Positions 23,232-35,905 are shown, counted from the first letter of the stretch. The stretch: DNA of 64,000 nucleotides from Azolla caroliniana (GCA_043228905.1 JBHGNT010000012.1:3844001-3908000); one strand, 5' to 3'. The notes: a model not told the origin generated them from the sequence alone. Translations and numbers: made by a program.

Positions 23232-26183
23232 TTAGACACGTGGCAGAAGACAACCACTCTCTCTTAGGTCATGCAATAGTTGTGAAAGCTCTTTTACACC
23301 ATCTGGTGAGTTGCCATTTTCGATCAGAAAGCTGATACTGGATTTTTGCACTGTTAACTTCTTGGTGATAATGTACTTGCCAAGCTTCAATATTTCATCA
23401 ACCATCTTTACCTCACACAACCTTTTCATTAGATTACTAGAGATTATACTTGAATCTATTCCCCTGACGACCATCTTTTCAAAGAGAGTAAAAGACTCTT
23501 GAAGCCTCCCAAGTCGACTTAAGGCTGTTATAATTGGGCCATAGCATGAAGCATTTGGCGCACACCCTAACTCTTCCATTTCTAACAAAATCGTGTTCGC
23601 ATCATCAATTTGGTTCTTCTTGCAGCAACCCTCTATCCTCAAGGTGTAGGATATCGTATTTGGAACTTTCCTTCCTAATGGATCCTTGAAAAAGCACTCT
23701 GCTTCTTGCATGTTCCCATCCAACATGGCTCGCAAAGCACACTTGAACCTTCTTTGCTTTGATAAACACCCGCTATGTTGCATTTCACTGATAAGAGACT
23801 TGGCATCTTCTAACCTGTTCAGTTTGTAGAGACACCTAATAAACAGCAAAAGTATTGGGTCTTTCACAGCATGTTGCCTCTGAGCAATATGCCTGCAAAT
23901 ATCAAATGCAACATCTACCTTTCCTGCCTTGCTGAGGGCTTTTAGCAAATGCTCACAGCTTACAGCGCTCGGCTGTATTCCTTTCTCCTTCATCTCCTCA
24001 AAAAGCTTCAATGCCTCATCTTCTTTCGATTGTAAGGACAAGCTAATTATAAGAGGATTATAGTTGAGGTCTGTCGGCTTATAACCTCTCTCGAACATTT
24101 CCCTAACAACTGATTTCGCTGCATCGAAATCCCCTAGTTTGCAAAGGGCATTTAACAACAAAGCATAAGAAAATTCATCTGGAGCTGTCAACTTCACCAT
24201 TTCCTCCTTAAAATATTGGACGGCTTTGTTTAAATCACAACCCTCAGAGAAATATTGAAGTATAGCATTGCATATCTCAACACTTACATTGCCGTACCTT
24301 GTACTCATATGTTTAGACAGAGACATAAGCTTATCAACATCTTTCAACCTTCGTAGATGGACAGTGTAAATCTTGTAACTAATCTGATCTGTCCATCGTT
24401 CTCTCTGCATCTTCTTAAAAAACTCATCAGCTTCAGTATTCTTTCCCATTTTCAAGAGCCCACTGAGATATAAGTTGTAAGTGACCTGATTCGGTTCACA
24501 TCCTGCATTTGTCATGGTAGAGAACAGACTATCAGCCTCAGCAAATTTACCAAGACCGCAATACAATTGAATAACTGTGTTGTAGGTGTACAAATCAGGT
24601 TTACAACCCATGTTTTGCATAGTATCAAAAAGAGCAATTGATTTCTCTGGACAATTTGTTCTAGAAAACCCCAAGATCATTGCATTGTAGATGTAAACAT
24701 TAGGTGTGCATCCATGGTCTTGCATCTTGTCCAAGAATACCTGTGCATCCTGCATTTTCCCATTCCTGCAAAGACCATGGATAGCAGTGGACCATGTCCG
24801 AATGTCTAATGTCTTATTGAATCGAATCATCCGATTCAATAATTGCTTTGCCTTGTCTAATTTTCCAACACTAAATAACACACCCAGAAGGGTTGTATAT
24901 ATATACACATCCGGCTTAACACCAAAGTTTGTTGCTTTTTCAATTGTCCTCCAACACTCTTCCAAGCAACCTGCTTTTCCATAAGACTGGATGATGATAG
25001 AAAAGGTTGTGTTAGTTACAATACAACCTTCCCGACGCATCTCATCTAATAGTTCCCAAATGCTCACAAATTCTTTGGCTACACCCAGCTTCATCATGAA
25101 TGCATTATATACATAGATGTCATGACTATATCCATCTTGTTCTGCAGCCCAATTGAAGAAATTCTTAGCCATTCCAATATCATTGATGCCATTCAAAACT
25201 CTGACAACGAGACTTGAGGTCAGAATTTTTGAGAATGGTTTAAGCAAAGCTTGGGTCTTTGAATTCCAACTTCCACTCCTTAGAATATTACATAGTCGAG
25301 ATTTAAGAAGAGATGAAGAATGATCAACAACACAATCATCATTCATGTCATTTTCCTTGCCAATGCTGCTATCCTCATTTCCACATGAATTCGTCTTGTC
25401 GCCCTTACTGATTATCCCTACCTGGACAATCTCTTCCAGCTCAGCCACTGCACAAAAGAACCTTTTTGCTGCTTTCCTGCACAATCAAAGGTCATCATAA
25501 AGATTCGTTTTTTATGCTTTTCTTTAAATGCAAAGTGTTTTAAGGCTATATATATACACATATATATAAACAAGCAAGAGAATTTTCTGCTGCTGTTCCT
25601 GCACATTGAAGATCATCATAAAGATTTGTGCACCTCTTTTAATGCAAACGTTTCAATTGTCATAAAATAAACGAGTGGCAGAAGAGACCTACACTCACAC
25701 ATGAAGATCATACACGAATTTGTTGCATTTCTTTGAAATGTAAAGTTTTGAGAGCTATTAGAATAACTAAGAAAGTAGCACAGGAATCCTTCTGCTCCTT
25801 GAAATGCAAGCTTCCTAAACTCCAAACGAATTTTCAACTCCTCTAATGAAGTTCTCCTTTGGATGAAGTTCTCTTTTGAATGGAGAAGTTCTTCTGAATG
25901 AAATTCTTTTGAAAGCCTATAACTAAATACGTCGGCATAAGCTTTCTTTCTGCGAAATTTCAATTCCTAGTTCTTGTAGAGCAACGTTTATGAAGTCTAA
26001 TTCCATATCCATGTAAGTATATGGATTCAAAACACATGCAGCAAAGAAGAAGAAGAAGAAGAGTGAGACATACCGTGAAAGGAGAGGAAGAAGAAGAATG
26101 GCGAAGTTCTGCCCATCTATACTCTGCTCTGTGTTTCTGAGAGGTTGGAAAGGGCAGAGAGCCCGACGGCACCATCGCCTCAT
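23232..26183 (-). CDS. P-class pentatricopeptide repeat protein, probably organelle-targeted; exons 26183-26074 and 25476-23232
   Basis: Tandem 35-aa PPR motifs (PDVYIYTTLLGVL, PNVYIYNAMILGF, PDLYTYNTVIQLY, PNQVTYNLYLSGL), preceded by the FFNWAAEQDGYSHD cap. No E/DYW domain. Exon 1 MRRWCRRAL...LSR ends CG|GTATGT (phase 2) and matches the phase-2 acceptor GTGCAG|G at 25476. Confidence 0.9.
25455..25755. repeat. Diverged ~120-bp tandem repeats spanning the PPR intron 3' splice site
   Basis: TGCTG..TTCCTGCACA.T.AA.G.TCATCATAAAGATT occurs at ~25467 and ~25588, with a third degenerate copy near 25685. Confidence 0.75.
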
Positions 26184-26279
26184 CGATCATCTGCTTCCAT
26201 TCGAAATTCTGTGCCTTTCCGAGATATATACATATATACTAGAAAGACAGAGTAGTAGTAGAAAGAAACTTCTCTGAGC

Positions 26280-26280
<1 letters not shown>

Positions 26281-26311
<31 letters not shown>

Positions 26312-26730
26312 TGTATGTATTTATGTATTTATGTATGTATGTATGTATGTATGTATGTATGTATGTATGTATGTATGTATGTATGTATTTGTATAGATGG
26401 ATGGATGTATTTGCACGTACGTATGTATTTGTATAAAATTGTATGTGTGTCCATACGTATGTATGTATGTATTTGTATAGATGGATGGATGTATTTGCAC
26501 GTACGTACGTATGTATTTGTATGGATGGATGGATGGGTGGATGTTTTTGTACGTACATATGTATGTATGTATGTTCGAGACAGAGGTCTGATGATATATG
26601 TTTCTGAGTGTAAATGTATGTGTGTTCGAGAATGAGGTCCAATAATACGATCTTTTGAGTATTTATGTATGTATCTTTGAGGAAGAAGTTCAAAATACAT
26701 GTGTGTGTATGAGTATATGTATGTATGTTT
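26281..26730. repeat. (TATG)n/(GATG)n low-complexity satellite upstream of the PPR gene
   Basis: Visible directly; it explains the spurious HTYI/MYVC ORFs. Confidence 0.95.
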
Positions 26731-28399
26731 GAGAACAAGGCCTAACAATGCATGTTTTTGTATTTTTGTATTTTTTCCTGGAAAATATCCTTTCATTAGT
26801 TATAAACAATTATTACAATAAAGCTGACCTACCGTCAAGCCACCATTGATATGTTGCATTCTTCCTTAGGTCCCATCCCTCAAGGATAAATAGTATGAAC
26901 ACTCCACCACTCCTTAACCAAGTTATGTGATTGGTGGTGGGAACACTCATACTGGTGGTGCTAAGCACCATTTAGGTCTTGAATTTTGTAATGTGAGAAA
27001 AGGGGCATTCTTCCAATAGGCAATAAATTCGAGGCGTTGCAACACTACAACATCTGTCTCACCTTTAATATCCTCAAACCGCCCTTTCAAGGTATGCATG
27101 TTTTTGTATATGTATGCGTGTTTGAGATATTAGAAGTTCAGTAGTGAAAGTTGAGATATTAGAGGTCTAGTAGTAAAAGTTTCTACACATATGTATATGT
27201 TTGCATGTTCGAGAAAGAGGTTTGACTATATTTGTTTCTTATCATGCATAACATGAACTCCATAAAACGATATTGTTTAGCCTCTCTAGACTTCCAATCT
27301 ACCCTAGTCATAATATGGCTTGTAGATATAGTTGTCAAACATTGGTCTCTACTTATTTGTTGAGATATGAAGCTCGAGCACACACTCATTAGGGCTCTCT
27401 ACGTATTCATATTGATTAATTGTATCTATCCTACTAAATAATTGTACATGTGATAATTCCCTAATGGTAACACATATTTTTAACATCCTAAAGTTCAACC
27501 GTTAATTGACTAGATGACTACGTATGTCATTATGGCCAAACCCAAACCTTAAAGATGTGAAGAGTACATAATGTCAAGCATAAGCCACTACTTGTGAATG
27601 TTACCCAGTTTTGGTTACACAATGTACAAATCTTTCCAACTTAACTTCTTGCCATCTTGGCATGTATGATTGCTCTTTGTTTGAGCATATAATCAAACAT
27701 TTGAGAAGCGTAACTTCCACAATAGAGGATAATCTCAAATAGGCAAAATCATTACTTTCATGAGAATGATACATACTAGATTGGCATCCCCCAAACCCCC
27801 CTTTCCCTTCAACAAGTTTTTTTAAGGACAAATATCACACTCTACTATAATACCCCACCTTTGACCACACTCAAGGCTTCTTTCCTTCATTTATCAAACA
27901 TGATGCATGCATTTGTCTCCTATATGTGATGGTTACTACAAGAAAAGAATTTTTTTTTGTTTCATAGGTCATATTTGACCTATGAGGTGATAAGATGATC
28001 TCTCTCTCTCTCTCTCTTGCACACACACACACACTCTCTCTCTCTCTATGTCTATCGTGCACACAAGCATGAAAATGTTTACTTTTCATTCATAATGTTC
28101 TTGAACATCGAGGGTCACTACTCACTTTCACATGTATTACTTGAAATGTAATATTTTAAATCTCATAGGTCATATTTGACCTCCACGGACAATAATTGAA
28201 TCTATCTATCTATCTATATATGAGATGTTTCCCTTGCTTCAGAGATCTCTCTATGTTGCATCAACCTATGATATAGATATTTTGAAGACAAAAAAATCAA
28301 TCTATTTGATTTGAGGTTCTTACGTGTATTGATAACAAGATTCATGTTTTAACTTGTTGCTTATTTATTGAGTTTCATTTATTTTGGTTTGTTAAATTC

Positions 28400-30840
28400 A
28401 TTTTATTTCATAAAAAATATCATTCATTGAATAAAGAAATATAATTAGAGATGTGATTCTCGAGTGATTGGCGAAGGGAACAAACATCTTGGTGTTTGAA
28501 AATGCCATAATGGGCTTACTATCTTTGAAGGATAGAAATGGAGTATCTCTCTAGAGAGTAATAAACTGGAGTCGTTGAGCAATTTTATCATTGTAATCTC
28601 CAATAAACCATCGCACTTTCCTTTTAAAGTATGGGGCATGTGCAACTAAATGTTACACACCACTGCAACTAATGAGAACCTAACTTGATGAAAAATGGAG
28701 GAGCAACGAGCCTTCCAAATGTAGCATCTGGTGATGCTACTCGATAATTCCCATAATGGATGCATCTCCTTCCTTCTTCCTAAAAACTGTATTGTCACAA
28801 ATGGAATTACATGAACTGTTGTCACGAAGATTCGTGCGTACTTGTGCTACTCGAGCGGGACCACCGGGGTCTTGGATTGGGGAGGATGTGTGCTACTAGG
28901 GTTTTTATAGGTTTCTTCATGCACAAAACCATGGCTTTGCTTGTGACATACACAAAACCATGGGTTTGGAACCATGGTTTTGTGCACACGGTTTTATATG
29001 GTTGTTTCCAATGTAATTTGAATATGAAAAGGAAATACACAAACCATAAAGCATTTTATAGTAGCCTTATTGGTAAGTTAAATGTCTTCCATTTTGGAGG
29101 TGCACGGTTCAAACCCTACTTGCACCCCTTTGTATGTATTCAAATGCCACTAGGCCTTACGCAAATTTTCATATTTACAAGTGTTTGTGTAATGTGCGTG
29201 GAACCACACTTTTTCTCCCACTGAACACACCACATCACGACACCGTTCCCAACCAAGTGCCGAAAGCATAGTCCAGAGACTTAGCATCACAAGGGACATA
29301 GAGCAAACAAGTGTTGTTCAAATCACCAATCCCCGTGTATCCTAACTAGGAGTAAATCTTCTAATAAAAAACTTCGCTAACAATGCTTGGGTCTACTCTA
29401 TTGGATCATTAAAACTCACTCCTCCTTTGGTAAGGTAATTACATTCCATCTAACTTTGGATCAAGCATGACCCTCAACTTTTCCAAACCACAAGAAGTTT
29501 TGTATCAAACTTCGTATTTGGAACATACATGATTTAGAAAATATCAAACAAGACAACATATACCATGTTGTTGTCGATAAAATTTGGTTTGCAACTACTA
29601 CCCAACCTTCAAAAGAATGCTAGGTTAAACACCACAACAACAAATTTTTCCTTAATGTCCTTAACAAGGGTGCCACTTGATTCTCATATCATAAATCATT
29701 GTTGATTGTATAACCTAAATAGCGAACTGGGCCACCTCTTGGAATCCATCAAATTTGAGGATGTCGTTTCCATAATGTAGGGTCCTCATCCCCAACCCAA
29801 AGTGCTATCAATTTATTCTAGTTAACAAGTACACCCAAAGCCTTGCAAAATGTAGAGAGGGCCAATTCAACTTGTCTTAACTTTGCACTTGAAAACAAGA
29901 CAATCAATCAACAAAGACCATGTCATTGACAGTAAAAAAAGGCAATCATTGCCGCAACAAAGAAAATAATTAGAAAAGGAGCCAAAGAGCAACAACTGTC
30001 TAACTAATCATGAGGTGTTAAAGAAAGAACGATTTTTCCCTATCAATGAAACTATTTTATGTTGCACAATATAAGGAAGCAATACCTATAATCCACTCTT
30101 GAAAGAAACCAAACTTACCCAATGTACCTTGCAATAAGTCCCAATCAACACGGGTCATACGCTTTCTCAAAATCAAGCATAACAATTGCCAAGATACTTC
30201 ATTCACATATGAATCTCTTTAGGGCTAGATTTATAGTCGTAGGTAACATAGTTTGAAGATGTATACAAAGTAATTTTGCCAAATTTTTATAAATTGTGTT
30301 GAGTATTGTAATTGGGCACCATTTCTTGATACAAGTGAAGTAGTCTTGCTGTAAATTATAAAGGCATACAACCATCACAAAAAAATTGTTGATAGGTTGT
30401 ACATAAATCCACATTGATCAAATACTAGTATTTAAGAAATACAATTGGGGCTAGACCATCCATACTTGTCAGGCATTTTGGCCTCTTAAAAAGACATTAA
30501 TATATCTTTCTTTGTCCAATTCAAGGGTTGAGGATTTTGCTATCATTAAGGAAACAAACCTTCAACAACTATGAATATAACATACTCAATTCCTCAAGGA
30601 TTTTCACTTTATATATTATATCAAGACTTCAAAGTTGCTATCCTAAGTTGACCAATTATCAAGCACAATCATTACTCATGATGCCTTTCATATTATGTTG
30701 TATTTTTGCAGTATCTACTCATCATCTTAGGGTAGAGGAGATGCCTGATTTTCCCTGGGTGTTAGAGTTTCAAAACAATTGCATCCTCCTCATTTTCAAG
30801 TGCATGATATGTCACATTTTTTGTGCCAAGGGTTCATTAA
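28400..30840 (-). mobile_element. Old degenerate L1-type LINE, related to the young copy at 31036
   Basis: Minus-strand fragments IKKWCPITILNTIYK, AIVMLDFEKAYD, YIWKARCS and PLWHFQTPRCLFPSPIT are collinear with the young L1 ORF2. Many stops and frameshifts. Confidence 0.85.
29055..29128 (+). mobile_element. tRNA-derived SINE-like head inside an insertion (~28830-29258) in the old L1
   Basis: A-box-like TAGCCTTATTGG at 29062 and B-box GGTTCAAACCC at 29106, with tRNA-like spacing. No intact cloverleaf. Confidence 0.4.
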
Positions 30841-31035
30841 TAATGTCCATAACAATTGACAACGGTTCGGTTTGAACCAAACCGAACTATGAAACCGCCG
30901 CTTAACAGTTTAAATGGTTCAGTTTGAGCCTTTATTTGTTTAATAGTTTTTGGTTTAAACAGGTTAAACAGTTTAACGGTTTAGGATTTACACTTGATAA
31001 TTTTCTTAGATATTTTTTGAAACATTTTAAGCCTA

Positions 31036-34000
31036 TCCATCCATTATACAAAAACAAGTGATCATTCCTGGAAGGGCTCAATATGTTATTATGCAAGAGG
31101 GGGAGATTATATGGGGACTCTTGAATATATATGCTCCTAATACTGCTTCTGCTAGGCAACAATTTTGGAAAGAATTATTAGAGAATCTGCCTCCCCTTGA
31201 TCATTGGTGTATCGCTGGTGACTTCAATATGCTTGAGGACCCCATTGATAGAATGGGAGGTAGCTCAACTACGATACATGGCCATGAATTAGCAATGTGG
31301 GAACAATTGGTGTTCTCCTTACAAATTTTAGATGCTTGGCATGCTCCTTCGATGGTTCATACAAATACCTCTCTTTTATTTTCAAGATCAGATAGACGTG
31401 TAAATGGTACTAACTTAGCTCGATTGGATAGATTCTATGTATCTGGCAAATTTATTTCAGCAACTGGTACAATACATATAATGCCAGGGACTACCTTCTC
31501 TGATCATGCTCCAGTGATTCTTTCAATATCAACCCAAAACCTTAAAGAATTCTCCAATATGAAGATTCCTGAAAATCTGATGTTAGACAATAGCTTTTCC
31601 TTACAAGTGGCTCAATTATGGTCACAAAAGGATGTTGTACACGAATCAATGGCGGTGCGGGTAGCTAATGGCTTACGATGTATTTCAGTATTTTTTAGGG
31701 GTAAATCTAAGGAGAGGTTCTCTATGATCCAAGAAAAGGAGAAACGGTCTCGTACTTCTCTTGTTTCTCTACAACGATTACAAGAACGTTATCCACACTG
31801 TACTTGGATTGCTGAGAAAATTGGGTCAGCAAAACAAGAACTTGCTGTACTATTAGAAAAGCGTGCAGAATTTCAATACCATAATAGGGCATCTAGTTGG
31901 ACCCAAATGGGTGATAAATGTACAGCTGAATTTTTTCATGCAATGAGACCCAATCATAATGCGGTTTCAATCAAACAACTACAAGATGAGAATGGGACCA
32001 TCTCATCTGACCCTAAAGTGATGAGAGAAATAGCCACACGATACTATTCCAACCTACTATCAGCTATTTCATTCTCCGATGAGGATTTAATAAGTCGGTC
32101 TTGTGTATGGAATAAAATGAGTTCAAGAATAACACAGGATATGAATGCCAGTCTTCAAGACGTTCTTACTCATGAGGAATTGAGTGAAGCACTCCAAGCT
32201 TTGCCTAAGAATAGTTGTCCAGGTATGGATGGATTAACCCCATCATTTTTCATTAAATATTGGGACTTGTTTAAATCAGATTTATGTACAGCATTCCAAC
32301 AAATTCTTCGAGAGGGCATTATGCCTTCACATTTTACAGAAGGAATAATTTACCTTATCCCTAAATCAGAAGGCCCTTCATTGGACATCAAGAAATGGCG
32401 CCCAATTACATTACTGAATACGGTGTATAAAATCCTAGCTAAAGCACTTAGTATAAGACTTGGTACTATAATGCCTATAGTTATACATCCGTCGCAAACA
32501 GGATTTATTCAAGAAAGGAGCATATTGGATAATGTGTATACATTTTGGGAATCTGCTGCCTTGGCAGCCAAATCTAATCAAAAGTTGGCCATTGTTATGC
32601 TTGATTTTGAGAAAGCTTATGACCGTGTTGACTGGGAATTTTTACAAGGTGTACTGGCTCGTTTTGGTTTCTCGAAAGAATGGATAAAAGGTATTTCTTC
32701 ATTATATAATTCGGCACAAAGCAGAGTCTTACTGGTTGGGAATTATGGACCTTTGTTTACTATTTCTCGATCAGTTCGACAGGGTTGTCCTTTAGCTCCT
32801 TTCTTGTTTCTGTTTTTTGCTGAGGCAATGATTTCCTTTTTGAATGCTGGTGATATTGGTATACGCGGAATACGCATCCCATTCTCACATATAGAAGTAA
32901 GGGACGCTGAATTTGCAGATGACACTGCCCTATATTTAAAAGGTGATTTGGAAAATCTGCAGAAAACAGAATTGACCATATCCACATTTTGTAAGGCTTC
33001 GGGTGCACTGGTTAATTGGAACAAGTCCTTTGCATTTTGGGTGGGGGATGTAGAGCCTCCTCTATGGAGTCCACACCCGCAATTTCGATGGATACCATCA
33101 GGTTGTCCAGTTCGATACTTAGGGTGTACGATAGGTATTGATCTTTCAATGGAAAATCAAGTGGCACCCCTCCTATTGTCACTGCGGAAAAAGTTGTTGT
33201 TATGGAGTTCAGCCAAGCTATCTTTTGCTGGTCGGATTGTAGTGGCTAATCAGGTTTTATTGGCTTCAACATGGTATGTTTTGTCATGTTGGATATTCTC
33301 CAAGTCATGTATTCTGAAAATACGTAGATTGGTTCGTAACTTCTTGTGGTCCGGTAAAACAGAAGGCAATGCTCGGTCCAAAGTGAAATGGGATGTTATT
33401 ACCTTACCTCGCTCTAAAGGAGGATTAGGTATTATTGATCCAGTGGACCAATCAAGAGCATTGTTAAGTAAGTTGCTCGTTAGAGGATTTATGCCGGGGC
33501 AAGAGATATGGAAAGTATTATTGCTTGACCGTTGCTCAGATTGCTTTCCTCGCTTAGGTGCTCCCTGGTCGAAGGATGTGAATTGGATATTTAGGGAAAA
33601 TTTCCGAGTACCTTCAGCCACTAGATGGGAAGACAAATTTATTAGGACATTATTTGCAGCATGGAAACAAGTACTACCTGGTTTGCTTCGCAATAAACCG
33701 AACCCCAAACATTATCTTGAGTATCTCAGACAAAAGATAGTTTGGAACCCGTTGTTTACAACATCAGATGGTTTTGTGTTGGGTTCTAGACAATGGTTAT
33801 CGTGGGGAAAAATGACAGAAGGTCCCGCGAAAACAGTTCAGACTTGGAAAGAATTTTTATCGCGATCGTTGGAAGAACAAAAAGAAATCTTACGTAATAT
33901 GCATGGCGGACATATAATGTACCAACAAATTCAAGAAGCTATGAGTAGACAACCCATACCACCCAATAACACTAACCATAGATGGATTGGGGTTTTTTCA

Positions 34001-35186
34001 AGATTGGAAGTACTCTTGGCTGTTAAGGGTTATTCAAATGATAAGACATACCGGTTGTTTGAGGTGGATGAAACAAATCAATTGTCTCAGTCCGGGGAAA
34101 TGGTGATAGATTACCCCTATGCCATTGAGCACAAGATAAGGATAATTGGATATGCCGATCGTAAATGGTATATTGATCCAATGATAGAGGAAATAAGGAC
34201 ACATTGGAAGCTGTGGGTGTTAGCTAAAAGACCGGTATTCAGATTAGATTGGGACCCAATTGACTATCATTGGACAGATCCTTACACGGGTAACAAGTTC
34301 AATTTCTTCCAATATTCTGTACAGTTGGGAAGACATGTACTTTCAGATACACGTGATGTGGTACCAGCTGCATCTCAATATTGGAATCAACAAGGTATTA
34401 CTCCCCAATTCCTTGCAAAATTCTGGGCTATCTTATGGGCAAGAAAACAGCAACACAAAATATTACATGTACAGTGGTTAGTTGTACACAAGGCGTTGCC
34501 GGTTGGCACATGGTTGCATAGGATGGGAGTGTCTTCATGTTGTACTCGATGTCATTTACAAACGGAAACTCAAAAACATTGTTTATGGGAATGCATTGAT
34601 TCTCAACAGATATGGCAACGGCTCCTTAGAATTTTCGCTAATTATTTTCCCCCGTTGGTTCTCACTTGGGGCATGGTCGTTTGGACATCACTTGCCCGTG
34701 ATGTGTTCCATTATGACATCGAATCTATGGACCATGGGTTTTACACTAAAAATGGAAGTGTTCGTACATTATCACTGATGTCATTACAGTTTTCAGGAGT
34801 AAGGAAGGAAGTTCAGCCAATATGGGAGATATTGAGTAGTACCACTGTCTATCACATTTGGAAAGCTCGGTGTTCTCTCGTTTTCCATAATCTGAAAACA
34901 CCACCTGCTGAAGTGATTTCAAATATTTGGTTAGAGATAGTTCATGCTTTGAAGGGTCAATGGGATGGTATAGTGGGAGATTCTGATGCTAAAATTGCTT
35001 AACGGCATGAGTTTCTTATTATCTGGACAGCAACTCCATTTGTGACATCCAGGTACACTACTCCTTATTGGCATTTTCAGCCACCGAAATGGTTGTTTCC
35101 CCCGCCGATTACATAGAGGTTTAAAATCTTGTAATTTGTTTATACTAATGACAGGATATCTTCTTTAAAAAAAAAAAAAAAAAAAA
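31036..35186 (+). mobile_element. Young 5'-truncated L1-clade LINE with poly(A) tail and 16-bp TSD
   Basis: TSD AAACATTTTAAGCCTA at 31020-31035 and 35187-35202. The poly(A) starts at 35167. The 5' end lies inside the endonuclease domain. Confidence 0.95.
31058..35002 (+). CDS. L1 ORF2 (partial AP endonuclease, reverse transcriptase, zf-RVT); N-terminally truncated, with a premature stop
   Basis: NIYAP, GDFN, RLDRFY, SDHAP; PGMDG, WRPITLLN, LDFEKAYDRVDW, VRQGCPLAP, FADD, YLG; CTRC..ETQKHCLWEC. The frame continues past the TAA at 35000 to a TAG at 35114. Confidence 0.9.
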   Translation: MIIPGRAQYVIMQEGEIIWGLLNIYAPNTASARQQFWKELLENLPPLDHWCIAGDFNMLEDPIDRMGGSSTTIHGHELAMWEQLVFSLQILDAWHAPSMVHTNTSLLFSRSDRRVNGTNLARLDRFYVSGKFISATGTIHIMPGTTFSDHAPVILSISTQNLKEFSNMKIPENLMLDNSFSLQVAQLWSQKDVVHESMAVRVANGLRCISVFFRGKSKERFSMIQEKEKRSRTSLVSLQRLQERYPHCTWIAEKIGSAKQELAVLLEKRAEFQYHNRASSWTQMGDKCTAEFFHAMRPNHNAVSIKQLQDENGTISSDPKVMREIATRYYSNLLSAISFSDEDLISRSCVWNKMSSRITQDMNASLQDVLTHEELSEALQALPKNSCPGMDGLTPSFFIKYWDLFKSDLCTAFQQILREGIMPSHFTEGIIYLIPKSEGPSLDIKKWRPITLLNTVYKILAKALSIRLGTIMPIVIHPSQTGFIQERSILDNVYTFWESAALAAKSNQKLAIVMLDFEKAYDRVDWEFLQGVLARFGFSKEWIKGISSLYNSAQSRVLLVGNYGPLFTISRSVRQGCPLAPFLFLFFAEAMISFLNAGDIGIRGIRIPFSHIEVRDAEFADDTALYLKGDLENLQKTELTISTFCKASGALVNWNKSFAFWVGDVEPPLWSPHPQFRWIPSGCPVRYLGCTIGIDLSMENQVAPLLLSLRKKLLLWSSAKLSFAGRIVVANQVLLASTWYVLSCWIFSKSCILKIRRLVRNFLWSGKTEGNARSKVKWDVITLPRSKGGLGIIDPVDQSRALLSKLLVRGFMPGQEIWKVLLLDRCSDCFPRLGAPWSKDVNWIFRENFRVPSATRWEDKFIRTLFAAWKQVLPGLLRNKPNPKHYLEYLRQKIVWNPLFTTSDGFVLGSRQWLSWGKMTEGPAKTVQTWKEFLSRSLEEQKEILRNMHGGHIMYQQIQEAMSRQPIPPNNTNHRWIGVFSRLEVLLAVKGYSNDKTYRLFEVDETNQLSQSGEMVIDYPYAIEHKIRIIGYADRKWYIDPMIEEIRTHWKLWVLAKRPVFRLDWDPIDYHWTDPYTGNKFNFFQYSVQLGRHVLSDTRDVVPAASQYWNQQGITPQFLAKFWAILWARKQQHKILHVQWLVVHKALPVGTWLHRMGVSSCCTRCHLQTETQKHCLWECIDSQQIWQRLLRIFANYFPPLVLTWGMVVWTSLARDVFHYDIESMDHGFYTKNGSVRTLSLMSLQFSGVRKEVQPIWEILSSTTVYHIWKARCSLVFHNLKTPPAEVISNIWLEIVHALKGQWDGIVGDSDAKIA

Positions 35187-35414
35187 AAACATTTTAAGCC
35201 TAATTTTGATATTTTAAGAAAATTCTTTAAATTTCGAAAAATCAAAATTTGAAAATTTGAAAATTAAAATGTGAAAATTTGAATTTTGTCCTAACTTGAA
35301 AATCAAAATTGAATCGCAAAACCACGGTTTTAATGGTTTGTCGGTTTGAAGGATTGAATATCTCTAAAACTATTTGCTTTGAGCTTGAATTTTTTTGTAA
35401 CGGTTCGGTTTAAT

Positions 35415-35905
35415 GGTTATGTGGTTCAGTTCGATTCGGTTTTTAACGGTTTGAGTTTGACACTCTCGAACTGAGCTGAACCATTGTCAACTGCTAACAT
35501 TCCATCCACCTTCATAAAACACAAAAACATGAACAAAAAGACACAAACAAGAAAACATGAGATAACTTGTAGAAATTATGTGGTTCGGTTCGATTAAGTT
35601 TTAAACGGTTTGAGATTGACACACTCGAACCGAGCTGAACCGTCGTCGATTGCTAACATTCCATCCATCTTCATAGAATACAAAAACATGAACGAAAAAA
35701 CACAAACAAGAAAACATGAACACAAAAAAAAAGTACATGAGATAACTTCTAGAAAACATATGGTTTGGTTCAATTCGGTTTTAAACGGTTTGAGTTTGAC
35801 ACACTCGAACCGAGCCGAACCGTCGCCGATGGCTAACATTCCATCCATCTTCATAGAATACAAAAAATCACAAAAAGAGCATGCATGAGATGGTTTCTAG
35901 AAATT
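35415..35905. repeat. Three tandem ~160-180-bp copies of the MITE right end plus flank
   Basis: AACGGTTTGAG.TTGACAC.CTCGAAC.GAGC.GAACC...GCTAACATTCCATCCA.CTTCATA occurs three times. Confidence 0.9.

Larger units (their letters stand above)
30850..35496. mobile_element. Non-autonomous TIR element (hAT-like MITE, ~480 bp) split by the young L1
   Basis: The ends TAACAATTGACAACGGTTCGG and CTGAACCATTGTCAACTGCTA are imperfect inverted repeats, and both halves are rich in AACCG/CGGTT subterminal motifs. A TSD is only weakly visible. Confidence 0.55.

Noticed and set aside
26187-26796. ORFs of 114-183 aa with HTYI/MYVC repeats
   Set aside because: They are translations of the (TATG)n microsatellite.
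29055-29128. Functional tRNA gene
   Set aside because: The acceptor and D stems do not pair convincingly; kept only as a SINE-like head.
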